Source of the DNA: a virus
Length of the DNA stretch: 64,000 nt
IMG/VR virus record: IMGVR_UViG_3300045988_175656
Reading direction: 5' to 3' (one strand)
This document shows, piece after piece, positions 1-8,219 of this stretch (positions are counted from its first letter, which is position 1; each line of letters starts with the position of its first letter). The notes beneath the pieces were generated by a model that ran no database searches, had not been told where the DNA came from, and saw nothing but the letters and a program-made list of their open reading frames with translations. A program made the translations under genes and the position numbers.

Positions 1-75
1 GAACCTGTTGATAACAAATTAGAAGATTCTGAATCAAAAGATATTGTAAGTCAAGTAAAAAGGAAAAAATATGTG

Positions 76-603
76 ATGTCTCAAAAAGATGAAACATCTC
101 CTGTTTATTTGAAGATGGATAATGGTGAATTAATTGGACCATTTTATCGTAATAAAAATCATGAAAAAACAGCATTAGATGCTTTTTCTAAAGAAATAAT
201 GTATAGTGAAATAAGAAATTTGATTAAAAAATATCCTAATATTGAAGATATTATCAAAGAAGTTAGAGAAGAATTAACAAAAAAACATCAAGAAAATATT
301 ATTAATGAGGGAACTGTTTATACAACAGAAGAAGTCTTTAATATGAAGAAAGATAAATCAGCTTTTGATAAAGTAGATTTGAAAAGGTCAAAAGAAATTA
401 TGGACGCTAATAGTATCAATAAAGGCGTTAAAGTTTATTCAAATGATGAATTATATCAAATGATTGAAAATTTAACAACAGAAGTAAATGCTCTTGCTGC
501 TGAAATTGGGGTTAAATTAAATCCATATAGTTTTATTAATGAGCAATCTGATACAAAACAAAATTTAAAAGAGATAGTATTGAAAATAATTGAAAAAATA
601 TGA
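76..603 (+). CDS. hypothetical protein (possibly 5'-truncated by window edge)
   Basis: ORF track; the same frame is open back to nt 1, so the real start may lie upstream of the window; no motif recognised. Confidence 0.5.
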   Translation: MSQKDETSPVYLKMDNGELIGPFYRNKNHEKTALDAFSKEIMYSEIRNLIKKYPNIEDIIKEVREELTKKHQENIINEGTVYTTEEVFNMKKDKSAFDKVDLKRSKEIMDANSINKGVKVYSNDELYQMIENLTTEVNALAAEIGVKLNPYSFINEQSDTKQNLKEIVLKIIEKI

Positions 604-690
604 TAGAAAAAGATAATCAAGTTGGAATCACTGAAACATTCTAAATGAAATTTTTAAAATTCATATTATTTATATATAAAATGTGATAAT

Positions 691-1641
691 ATGAATTTTA
701 AATGGAATAAAGAGAAATGTTTAGAATATGCAAAAAAATGCACAACAAAAATGGAATTTAGAACAAAATTTCCCAAAGCTTATAGTGCATGTTGGAGATA
801 TAAATGGTTTGATGAAATTACATGGTTTGAGCCAACAAATTATTCAATTAATTATTCTTGTAAAGAATATGTAATATATTCCTATGAAATTTCAATTTTG
901 AAATCAGTATATGTTGGTTTGACTAAAAATATTAAAAGACGAGATAAACAACATAGAAATGGGTCAAAACATAGTAATGGTACTATAAATTATAGTAGTT
1001 TATATACTTTTTGTTACATGAATAAAGTATCAATACCTGTATATAAAATTTTAAATAATAATTTAGATTGTAAGCAGTGCCAAGTTCTTGAAAAAGAATG
1101 GATTGATTATTATAAAAGTAATGGGTGGAATATTATTAATATAGCTCCAACTGGTTTAAATGTTAGTTCTATTGGCTCTATTCCTAAATGGAATTATGAT
1201 ATGTGTTATGAAGAAGCTAAAAAATATAACTCAAAAACAAATTTTAAACATAATTCAAGTGGGGCTTATGCAAGTGCATGTAAAAATGGGTGGATTAATG
1301 ATTATATATGGTTATCCAAAAATTTAAATAATAATACGCATAAAAAAAATTATTGGAATTACGAAACTTGTTTTGAAGAAGCTAAAAAATATAATTCTAA
1401 AAAAGAGTTTGAACAAAAATCAGAAACTTCGTTTAAAGTTGCAGTAAAAAATAAGTGGCTTAATGATTATACATGGTTTGTGAATCCTAAAAAAAATAGA
1501 AATTATTGGAATTATGAAACTTGTTTTGAAGCTTCAAAACAATGTAAAAATAAGAAAGAATTTTCTATTAAATATAATAGGGCATATAAATTAAGTTTAC
1601 AAAATAAATGGTTAAATAAATTTTTTAATGAAAGTAGATAG
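691..1641 (+). CDS. GIY-YIG homing-endonuclease-like protein with repeated W-N-Y-E-x-C modules
   Basis: GIY-YIG-like core YVIYSYEI..VYVGLTKNIKRRDKQH; four copies of a ~45-aa module (WNYETCFEEAKKYNSKKEF..NKWLNDYTWF). Confidence 0.65.
   Translation: MNFKWNKEKCLEYAKKCTTKMEFRTKFPKAYSACWRYKWFDEITWFEPTNYSINYSCKEYVIYSYEISILKSVYVGLTKNIKRRDKQHRNGSKHSNGTINYSSLYTFCYMNKVSIPVYKILNNNLDCKQCQVLEKEWIDYYKSNGWNIINIAPTGLNVSSIGSIPKWNYDMCYEEAKKYNSKTNFKHNSSGAYASACKNGWINDYIWLSKNLNNNTHKKNYWNYETCFEEAKKYNSKKEFEQKSETSFKVAVKNKWLNDYTWFVNPKKNRNYWNYETCFEASKQCKNKKEFSIKYNRAYKLSLQNKWLNKFFNESR
1189..1620 (+). repeat. three tandem in-frame ~150-165-nt repeats inside the GIY-YIG gene (a fourth degenerate copy near nt 703)
   Basis: TGG of the WNY(D/E) motif recurs at 1189, 1354 and 1507; DNA-level identity visible (aattattggaatta.gaaacttgttttgaag). 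Confidence 0.6.
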
Positions 1642-2368
1642 TAGTCAACAAATAGGAACCACCGAAACTGGTGAAATTGCATTTAATTTGGAAGCATTTG
1701 ACAATTTAAAAAAAGCCAACATTATCATAACTAAAAGATTAACTGATAAGTTAATTGATAAATTAATTGAGTTTAAGAGTAAATGTATATTGCATTTAAC
1801 TATAACAGGGATGGGTGGCACTAAATTAGAGCCACTTGTCCCTTCTCTTGAAATGAGTAAGCAGAAGTTTGATTTATTAATTAGTAAAGGCTTTCCTGTT
1901 GAACAAGTTGTGCTTCGTATAGACCCTATCATTCCAACTCCAAAGGGAGTTCAAACTGCTTTGAAAGTATTAAAAACATTTATAAATAGTGGAATAAAAA
2001 GAGTGCGTTGGTCATCTCTTGATATGTATAACCATGTTAAAGAAAGGTTTACAGAAGAACATATCAAAATGCCTTATGAAACTTTTCACGCAAACAAAGT
2101 TTTAATAAATGGTTTATATTCTATATTAGAAAGTGTTTGCTATATTAATGATATGGAGTTAGAAGCGTGTGGAGAACCTGGTTTTGACCCAACTCCTTGC
2201 ATATCTCAAAAAGATATTGATATATTGGGATTGTCTGATGAAATTAAACTTATTGGTAATGCTGAACAAAGACATGGTTGTAGTTGTCCAGCAAATAAAG
2301 TCCAGATATTAAAGCAAAAACCTGCTCAATGTGAAAATAAGTGTCTCTATTGTTTCTGGAAGGATTAA
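1628..2368 (+). CDS. DUF1848-like protein (Cys-rich C-terminus)
   Basis: HLTITGMGGTKLEP, RIDPIIPT and C-terminal QRHGCSCP..CENKCLYCFW resemble the DUF1848 pattern as I recall it; overlaps upstream gene by 14 nt. Confidence 0.45.
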   Translation: MKVDSSQQIGTTETGEIAFNLEAFDNLKKANIIITKRLTDKLIDKLIEFKSKCILHLTITGMGGTKLEPLVPSLEMSKQKFDLLISKGFPVEQVVLRIDPIIPTPKGVQTALKVLKTFINSGIKRVRWSSLDMYNHVKERFTEEHIKMPYETFHANKVLINGLYSILESVCYINDMELEACGEPGFDPTPCISQKDIDILGLSDEIKLIGNAEQRHGCSCPANKVQILKQKPAQCENKCLYCFWKD

Positions 2369-2411
2369 CTAATTTTAATAATTAAAATTTGGTTAATACA
2401 TAAATTGTTCT

Positions 2412-2421
2412 TATATTTGCA
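2412..2421 (+). promoter_or_regulatory. Bacteroidota-type -7 promoter box (TAnnTTTG)
   Basis: tatatttgca, about 40 nt upstream of ATG 2461. Confidence 0.6.
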
Positions 2422-2460
2422 TCATGAAAAATCAAATAATTAATTTAATAATAAAAAGAA

Positions 2461-3183
2461 ATGGCTAAAAAGAATTTTTTAAACATTGTTAAAGGAGCTT
2501 TCTTAACTGAAGTTCCTGATGAAACAAAAGCCGAAGAAGTTGTTCAACCAGTAACAGTTCAACAAGTAGTTCCGCAAACTGTGGTTCAATCACAACCAAC
2601 AGTTAGTGTTCAACCATCTATTGCTACAACCAATTTAATTCAACCTGTTCAGGGAAATGGACAAGTAGTAGGACAAGTTGATGCAAATATTTTGGAAAAT
2701 TTATGTACTGTTCTTGATGAAAAAAATCTTCCAGGTCCTGATTATTTGGAGTTGAAGAGTGCTGCTAATGATGCTGTTATGCAAAAAGCAATTCCTGATG
2801 AAACAGCACGTTTTACATGTGCATATATTAGCATGAAAGTTAATGCACCACATTTAAACAAAGAAGTAATCATTAACAGTATTGACAAATATGTTGAATA
2901 TTTGGAAGCTGAAAGACAAAGTGGTTTAAATGAACTTGCAATTAAATGGAAAGAAGAAGTTGATGATAAGGAAGCATTAGTTGATACTGCTCAAAAAGAA
3001 CTTCTTGAACTTCAAGAAGCTTTAAATGCAAAGATTAAGTTTATTTCAGAAACGACAGCCGAAATAACAACGTCAAAAAATCAATGTACAGTTAGTAAAG
3101 CTAATTTTAATGCAACTGTTGATTATGTTATCAATAATTTAAATACTGATAAAACAAAGTTAAACGAAATATTAAAAGATTAA
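2461..3183 (+). CDS. hypothetical protein, Q/V/P-rich N-terminus and coiled-coil C-terminus
   Basis: ORF track; low-complexity VVQPVTVQQVVPQTVVQSQP; promoter box upstream. Confidence 0.6.
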   Translation: MAKKNFLNIVKGAFLTEVPDETKAEEVVQPVTVQQVVPQTVVQSQPTVSVQPSIATTNLIQPVQGNGQVVGQVDANILENLCTVLDEKNLPGPDYLELKSAANDAVMQKAIPDETARFTCAYISMKVNAPHLNKEVIINSIDKYVEYLEAERQSGLNELAIKWKEEVDDKEALVDTAQKELLELQEALNAKIKFISETTAEITTSKNQCTVSKANFNATVDYVINNLNTDKTKLNEILKD

Positions 3184-3187
3184 AAAA

Positions 3188-4261
3188 ATGATGAATAATT
3201 TACCTTCAATGGATGAAAATACTAAAGTATCAGCATGGCAAAAACCAGGTGGTACACTTGGTATGATTGTAGCAGGTGTAGCAATTGCTGGTGGTGTAAT
3301 CTTAATCAATAAGATTCTTCCATTTTTAATTGCTTTAACTACCAATATGATTACATTGGCATTTCTTGTCGCAGTATTAGCTGGAATTGCTTTTCTTGTG
3401 ACAAACAAACAATTTAGAAAAGCTTTTTCAATGACTTATTTTATCATTATGAGAAAAATAACAGGACTTATCATTGAAATTGACCCAATTGCCATTGTTG
3501 AGAAAAAAATTGGTGAGATGAATAATAAGATTTTGGAGATTCAAAAACATATGGGAAGTTTGAATGGTCTTATTATTAATAACAAACGTAAGTTAGAAGA
3601 TAAAAAGTCTGATTTTGAAAATCAGTTACGAAGATTAGAAGAATATAAACGGCAAGGGAAAGTAGCTGACGCAAATGTGACAGAAAGACAAGTTGTTCGT
3701 TTGAAAGCAACAATCGAACGCCAAGCAAAACGTTTGGAAGATTCGAAAAAGTGGTATGAGATTCTGAAACAATTGAAACATGCTGCTGAATTAACAGTTC
3801 TTGATACTCAGAATGAAGTTAACGATAGAAAAGAAGAATTTGAATCAATTAAAGCTCAACATAAGGCATTTTCTTCTATAATGTCTATTATGAAAGGCAG
3901 TCCTGATGAAATGGAAGATTTCACCCGTGCTATGGATTTCATGGCTTATGATATTACACAAAAATTGGGAGAAATGTCTAATGTTATTGATGAAACAGGC
4001 GGTTTGTTATCACAAATTGCTGTTGATGAAGGAGTTGCATCTCATAAGGCTGATGAATTGTTGCAACAATATGAAAAATATGGTATTGATGGTTTATTTG
4101 CAACTTTCAAAAAAGTTGAAGAACCAAAAGCAATTGCAAATGATAATGTATCATATGTAAATTTGAATAATTTAAAAAGCCAAAAACCAATTGAGGTAGA
4201 AGCTACACCAATTGGTAGAAGTGAAACGTCATTATCAAAAACTGAAAGAAAATATTTTTAA
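3188..4261 (+). CDS. membrane-anchored coiled-coil protein, PspA/IM30-like
   Basis: two to three N-terminal hydrophobic segments, then IDPIAIVEKKIGEMNNKILEIQ and long heptad-rich helices resembling the PspA/IM30 N-terminal signature (DP..l....I.EM). Confidence 0.35.
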   Translation: MMNNLPSMDENTKVSAWQKPGGTLGMIVAGVAIAGGVILINKILPFLIALTTNMITLAFLVAVLAGIAFLVTNKQFRKAFSMTYFIIMRKITGLIIEIDPIAIVEKKIGEMNNKILEIQKHMGSLNGLIINNKRKLEDKKSDFENQLRRLEEYKRQGKVADANVTERQVVRLKATIERQAKRLEDSKKWYEILKQLKHAAELTVLDTQNEVNDRKEEFESIKAQHKAFSSIMSIMKGSPDEMEDFTRAMDFMAYDITQKLGEMSNVIDETGGLLSQIAVDEGVASHKADELLQQYEKYGIDGLFATFKKVEEPKAIANDNVSYVNLNNLKSQKPIEVEATPIGRSETSLSKTERKYF

Positions 4262-4302
4262 CATTTTTTAAAGAAATAAATTTGGTGATGTGAAATATTT
4301 GT

Positions 4303-4314
4303 TATATCTTTGCA
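4303..4314 (+). promoter_or_regulatory. Bacteroidota-type promoter (variant -7 box)
   Basis: tatatctttgca, with TTTG at 4281-4284 about 20 nt upstream; precedes ATG 4360. Confidence 0.5.
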
Positions 4315-4359
4315 TCATCAAATTAAACGAAGAACTAATAATTTAAATTTTAAAAGAAA

Positions 4360-5952
4360 ATGAGTAAAACAGTAGTTAAACCTTGGGTTAAAACAACAGG
4401 GATTATTTTGGCAGTAGCAGCAATCGTTTTTGGATTGTGGTACACAGGTAAAACAACAGGTCTGATTGAAGAATCAAAATCAAACAGTGGCGATTCAAAA
4501 GGCTTCTTTTCAGGATTGTTTAGTGGTGGTGGGAGTGATTATATCACAGTTGGCACTAATACTTATGCAGGGTTTTTGCCTTTCATGTATTTGAATAATG
4601 GTCTTGACCCAACAGAAGATTGTATTCTTTATAAGGAGTATGGTTTGAAGTTAAAAATTGTGGTACAAGATGACTTTCAAGCAGGTCGTTCAGCGTTTAA
4701 AAATGGAGATATTGATATTATCTATTGTACAGCAGATGCATTTCCAGTAGAAATGTCAGAAGGTTCACAAATGGCAGACGCACGATTCTTTAATATTAGT
4801 AACTGGTCACGTGGTGCTGATGCAATTGTTGTTAATAAAAATATCAGAACAGTTGGTGATTTAATTGGTAAAGTGGTTGCTTGTTCTGAAGGTACTGCTT
4901 CACATACACTTTTGTTAAATACTCTTGAAACTAATGGAATTGGTTCAGATAAAGTAAATACTAAATCTAGTATTGATAAATCAAAGGTTAATATTAAGAT
5001 TGTAGGTAGTGGATTGGATGCAGCTTCAATTTTTAAAGCAGGTCAATGTGATGCAGCCGTAGTATTTTCACCCGATGACCAAGATATTGTTGCAAGTATT
5101 GCAGGTTCTAAAGTATTGGTGTCAACAAAACAAGCATCAAATATTATTTGTGATGGTTTGATTGCAAAACAATCTTATTTGGATGCAAATAAAGAAGATG
5201 TAAAGAAACTTATTTCTGCATTGCTTTCAGCTAATGTTAAAATGAACACTGATGATGTAGCCGTAGCACAAGCAGCTAAAGCGTTTGCGAAATCTTATGG
5301 AACTGATGAAACATTTGCAATTAGTGGTTCTAAAAATATTCGTTATATTACATTGGAAGATGCAGCTAATTTCTTTGGCTTGAATAGTTCATATACAGGC
5401 ATTAAGGGAGATGAACTTTATTCCAAGATGGCTCGTACTTATGAAAGCTTGAATTTGTGTAAACGTCCACTTGCATGGAGAAAAGTTTCAGATGCTTCAG
5501 TGATTGAAGAATTGATGGCAGACCCAAGTGCAATTAAGGGAGACCAACATGCAGAAGCTAAAAAAACATTTACAGCTCCAACTAAAGAACTTGAAACGAA
5601 AGCTGAAATGTCTAATAAAAAGCTTACAATTGAATATCCTGTGAATGGTGATTTGCTTGATAATGATGCTAAAGCATTGATTGATAGAGAGTTCGTAAGC
5701 ATTGCTAAACAATTTTCAGGTGCTCGTGTTAGAATTGAGGGTAATACTGATAATACTGGTAATGCAGCATATAATGTTGAATTGTCAAAACGTAGAGCAC
5801 AAAGTGTTGCAAATTACTTGATTAAGGAATATGGTTTTGATACGAACCGATTTATCATTGTTGGTAACGGTCCTAAGAAAGCAGTTGAAGATGGCGTTTC
5901 AGGAAGTAATCAGAGTTACCGAACCACTGATTTCCAACTTGTTAATGAATAA
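4360..5952 (+). CDS. ABC transporter substrate-binding protein (NMT1/TauA-like) fused to a C-terminal OmpA-like domain
   Basis: N-terminal TM anchor; periplasmic-binding-like body; C-terminal RIEGNTDNTGNAAYNVELSKRRAQSVANYL, the OmpA/MotB peptidoglycan-binding signature. Confidence 0.65.
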   Translation: MSKTVVKPWVKTTGIILAVAAIVFGLWYTGKTTGLIEESKSNSGDSKGFFSGLFSGGGSDYITVGTNTYAGFLPFMYLNNGLDPTEDCILYKEYGLKLKIVVQDDFQAGRSAFKNGDIDIIYCTADAFPVEMSEGSQMADARFFNISNWSRGADAIVVNKNIRTVGDLIGKVVACSEGTASHTLLLNTLETNGIGSDKVNTKSSIDKSKVNIKIVGSGLDAASIFKAGQCDAAVVFSPDDQDIVASIAGSKVLVSTKQASNIICDGLIAKQSYLDANKEDVKKLISALLSANVKMNTDDVAVAQAAKAFAKSYGTDETFAISGSKNIRYITLEDAANFFGLNSSYTGIKGDELYSKMARTYESLNLCKRPLAWRKVSDASVIEELMADPSAIKGDQHAEAKKTFTAPTKELETKAEMSNKKLTIEYPVNGDLLDNDAKALIDREFVSIAKQFSGARVRIEGNTDNTGNAAYNVELSKRRAQSVANYLIKEYGFDTNRFIIVGNGPKKAVEDGVSGSNQSYRTTDFQLVNE

Positions 5953-5961
5953 TAAGAAAAT

Positions 5962-5992
5962 GGGGATATTAACAAGTGTCCCCTTTTCTTTT
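5962..5992 (+). terminator. putative rho-independent terminator
   Basis: ggggata..tgtcccc hairpin followed by ttttctttt. Confidence 0.45.
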
Positions 5993-6009
5993 AAAAACAA
6001 TCAAAAACT

Positions 6010-6189
6010 ATGAGAAAGATTGTATTATTTTTAGTATTGGTTATTATATTGGCATTTGTCATGCCTAGTTTATTAAATGTAGTATTTACCATTGGAGTTT
6101 TGGTAATTATGACTGTTTTCGGTTATGCTATCTATAAAATAGTAAAGTTTATAGATAACACAAACAAAAAGAAAGAGATGAAACAATAG
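6010..6189 (+). CDS. small two-TM membrane protein (59 aa, below ORF-track cutoff)
   Basis: hand-translated MRKIVLFLVLVIILAFVMPSLLNVVFTIGVLVIMTVFGYAIYKIV..; lies between binding-protein and permease genes. Confidence 0.4.
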   Translation: MRKIVLFLVLVIILAFVMPSLLNVVFTIGVLVIMTVFGYAIYKIVKFIDNTNKKKEMKQ

Positions 6190-6215
6190 ATTGTATAATC
6201 TAAAATAAAACAATA

Positions 6216-7082
6216 ATGTTTAAAAAATTATTCAAAATGGGTGGAGATAGTAATTTTAATAAACTATCTTTACTTTTGATAACCATAATAGGTTTCACAT
6301 TAATAATTGGTGCGTGGTATTTTGTAACTTATTTACAAATTATTCCAACCAAAGTACTTCCTAATCCTTTTGATGTAATTGGGAGCTATGGTAAATTGAT
6401 TAGTGAATATAACATGTTTGGTAATGCGTGGTATTCAATTAAATTAAATTTTATGAGTTATTTTTATGCAATTTTGATAGCATTACCAATTGGATTTTTT
6501 ATTGCATTATATCCTATTAATAATATTTTAATTGGTAAATATATTAATTCTGTTAGGTATTTACCAATTCCTGCAATGAGTGGTATTTTTATTGCTATAT
6601 TTGGTTTAACATTTGGCATGAAAGTGTCTTTTTTAACATTTGCGTTATTAATTTATATTTTACCAGCAGTTGCTAATAAAGTTAATGATTTACAAAATCC
6701 AAATAATGATAAAGATTATGTGTATCTTCAAACGATAAGAACATTGGGTGGTAGTAATTGGCAAAAGTTTAAATATGTTTATTTTCCTTATGTAACACGA
6801 AATATTTCAAATGAAATTATTAATTTAACAGGTATTTCATGGTCATATGTTGTTATTTGTGAATTACTTTATAAAGACGGTTCAATTAGTGGTATTGGGG
6901 CGATGATTAATAATATGATGCGCCAATCTTATGTGCCTGAAGCATATGCTTTATTATTTTTAGTAATTCTTATTGGGTTTGGGCAAGATTATTTGTTGAA
7001 AGGATTGGATAAAGTATTATTTCCATCAAAATACAATAAAAAGCCGTTTAAAATTAGTAATTGGTTTGTAACAGAAAAATAA
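6216..7082 (+). CDS. ABC transporter permease (NitT/TauT-like)
   Basis: about 6 hydrophobic segments; sits between binding-protein and ATPase genes; 6-nt gap to the ATPase. Confidence 0.7.
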   Translation: MFKKLFKMGGDSNFNKLSLLLITIIGFTLIIGAWYFVTYLQIIPTKVLPNPFDVIGSYGKLISEYNMFGNAWYSIKLNFMSYFYAILIALPIGFFIALYPINNILIGKYINSVRYLPIPAMSGIFIAIFGLTFGMKVSFLTFALLIYILPAVANKVNDLQNPNNDKDYVYLQTIRTLGGSNWQKFKYVYFPYVTRNISNEIINLTGISWSYVVICELLYKDGSISGIGAMINNMMRQSYVPEAYALLFLVILIGFGQDYLLKGLDKVLFPSKYNKKPFKISNWFVTEK

Positions 7083-7088
7083 TAAAAT

Positions 7089-8147
7089 ATGGCAGGAAGA
7101 TTTACATCACTTTTTTCAAAAAGTGAAAAAAAGCCTGAACAAACAGTTCAGCAAACAATTGAAGTTGTAGAACAAACGACTTCTCCAGAAGTCATTGATA
7201 TTCAACAAACAATTACAGAAACAGCAAAAAAGAGTGCATCATTTTTAAATGGGGTTATGGATATTGTAAAAGAAGAATTATCAATACCACCAGTAACAAA
7301 TATTGTATCTACTCCTATTCAACAAGATACAAATGGAAAATTTGAGTGTGAAGCTGTTGATGTTATTAATTTATCAAATATTTGCCAATCATTTAAAACT
7401 GATAATGGTGAGTTTAAATTATTTGATAATTTTAATTTAGATATTAAAGATTTTAAAGATGTTGGACAATTTGTTTCCATTATGGGGGCTTCAGGTTGTG
7501 GTAAATCACAATTGTTGAAAATTATATCAGGACTAAATAAACCAACATCAGGTTCAATCAAAATATATGGTAAAGAACAAACAGATAAAGATTCTATACC
7601 AATGGTATTTCAGCAATATAGTTCTTATCCTTGGATGACTGTACTTGAAAATGTAGCACTTCCTCTTAAAATGAGAGGTGTCCCTAAAAAAGAACGAGAA
7701 GAACAAGCTCGTAATATGTTAAAAATTGTAGGATTAGAGGGACAAGAAAATAAATGGGCGCAATATCCAATTTTAAGTGGTGGTCAATTACAACGTGTAT
7801 CTCTTGCTCGTAATCTTGTATTTTCATCACAAATTTTGTTATTAGATGAAGCAACTGGGGCATTGGATATTAAGTCTAAAAGAGATATGCAAGATACACT
7901 TTTAGATGTGTTTTATAACGCAAAACTTGACCCAACTATCATTTCAGTAACACATTCAATTGAAGAAGCTGTTTATTTGTCAAATAGAGTTTATATATTG
8001 ACTGCTAATCCATGTACAATTCATTCTGTAATTGATATTGATTTTGGAAGCCAATATGCAAGAAGAACTTCTGAAGTTAGACAAACAGCTAAATTTGCTG
8101 AATATGTTAAACAAATTGAGACTATAATGGATGAAATAAACAAATAA
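7089..8147 (+). CDS. ABC transporter ATP-binding protein with ~110-aa N-terminal extension
   Basis: Walker A GASGCGKSQ, signature LSGGQLQRVSLAR, Walker B LLLDEATGALD, H-loop VTHS. Confidence 0.9.
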   Translation: MAGRFTSLFSKSEKKPEQTVQQTIEVVEQTTSPEVIDIQQTITETAKKSASFLNGVMDIVKEELSIPPVTNIVSTPIQQDTNGKFECEAVDVINLSNICQSFKTDNGEFKLFDNFNLDIKDFKDVGQFVSIMGASGCGKSQLLKIISGLNKPTSGSIKIYGKEQTDKDSIPMVFQQYSSYPWMTVLENVALPLKMRGVPKKEREEQARNMLKIVGLEGQENKWAQYPILSGGQLQRVSLARNLVFSSQILLLDEATGALDIKSKRDMQDTLLDVFYNAKLDPTIISVTHSIEEAVYLSNRVYILTANPCTIHSVIDIDFGSQYARRTSEVRQTAKFAEYVKQIETIMDEINK

Positions 8148-8168
8148 AACTGTCATTTTGACAGTTTT
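8146..8168 (+). terminator. putative rho-independent terminator
   Basis: aaaactgtc attt gacagtttt followed by attttg. Confidence 0.5.
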
Positions 8169-8219
8169 ATTTTGTGGCATATAATTTGAGAATAAAAAGA
8201 TAAAAATTAGAAAGTAAAA

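Noticed and set aside
1645-1932. Antisense and shadow ORFs in the supplied track. Examples are 1645..1932, 3172..3408, 3906..4160, 5439..5702, 5497..5712, 7319..7561, 9521..9754, 9839..10162, 10634..10968, 12019..12219, 14057..14305, 15805..16047 and 20695..20958. Others are 21677..21973, 25458..25691, 26076..26408, 38606..39052, 43815..44081, 53899..54160 and 58356..58603.
   Set aside because: Each lies wholly or mostly inside a longer ORF that has recognisable motifs or operon context. Their sequences are low-complexity and typical of AT-rich shadow frames.
3188-4261. A TelA (toxic anion resistance) assignment for the coiled-coil membrane protein, which would link it to a Ter-type system
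   Set aside because: I could not align any TelA-specific motif from memory, and TelA proteins are not TM-anchored. The PspA-like N-terminal signature is the better, though still tentative, match.
8170-8219. A promoter box upstream of dnaK
   Set aside because: The best candidate, cataTAATTTGag, has only one spacer nucleotide (TAnTTTG), and the nearby TTTG is at the wrong distance. It is left unannotated.
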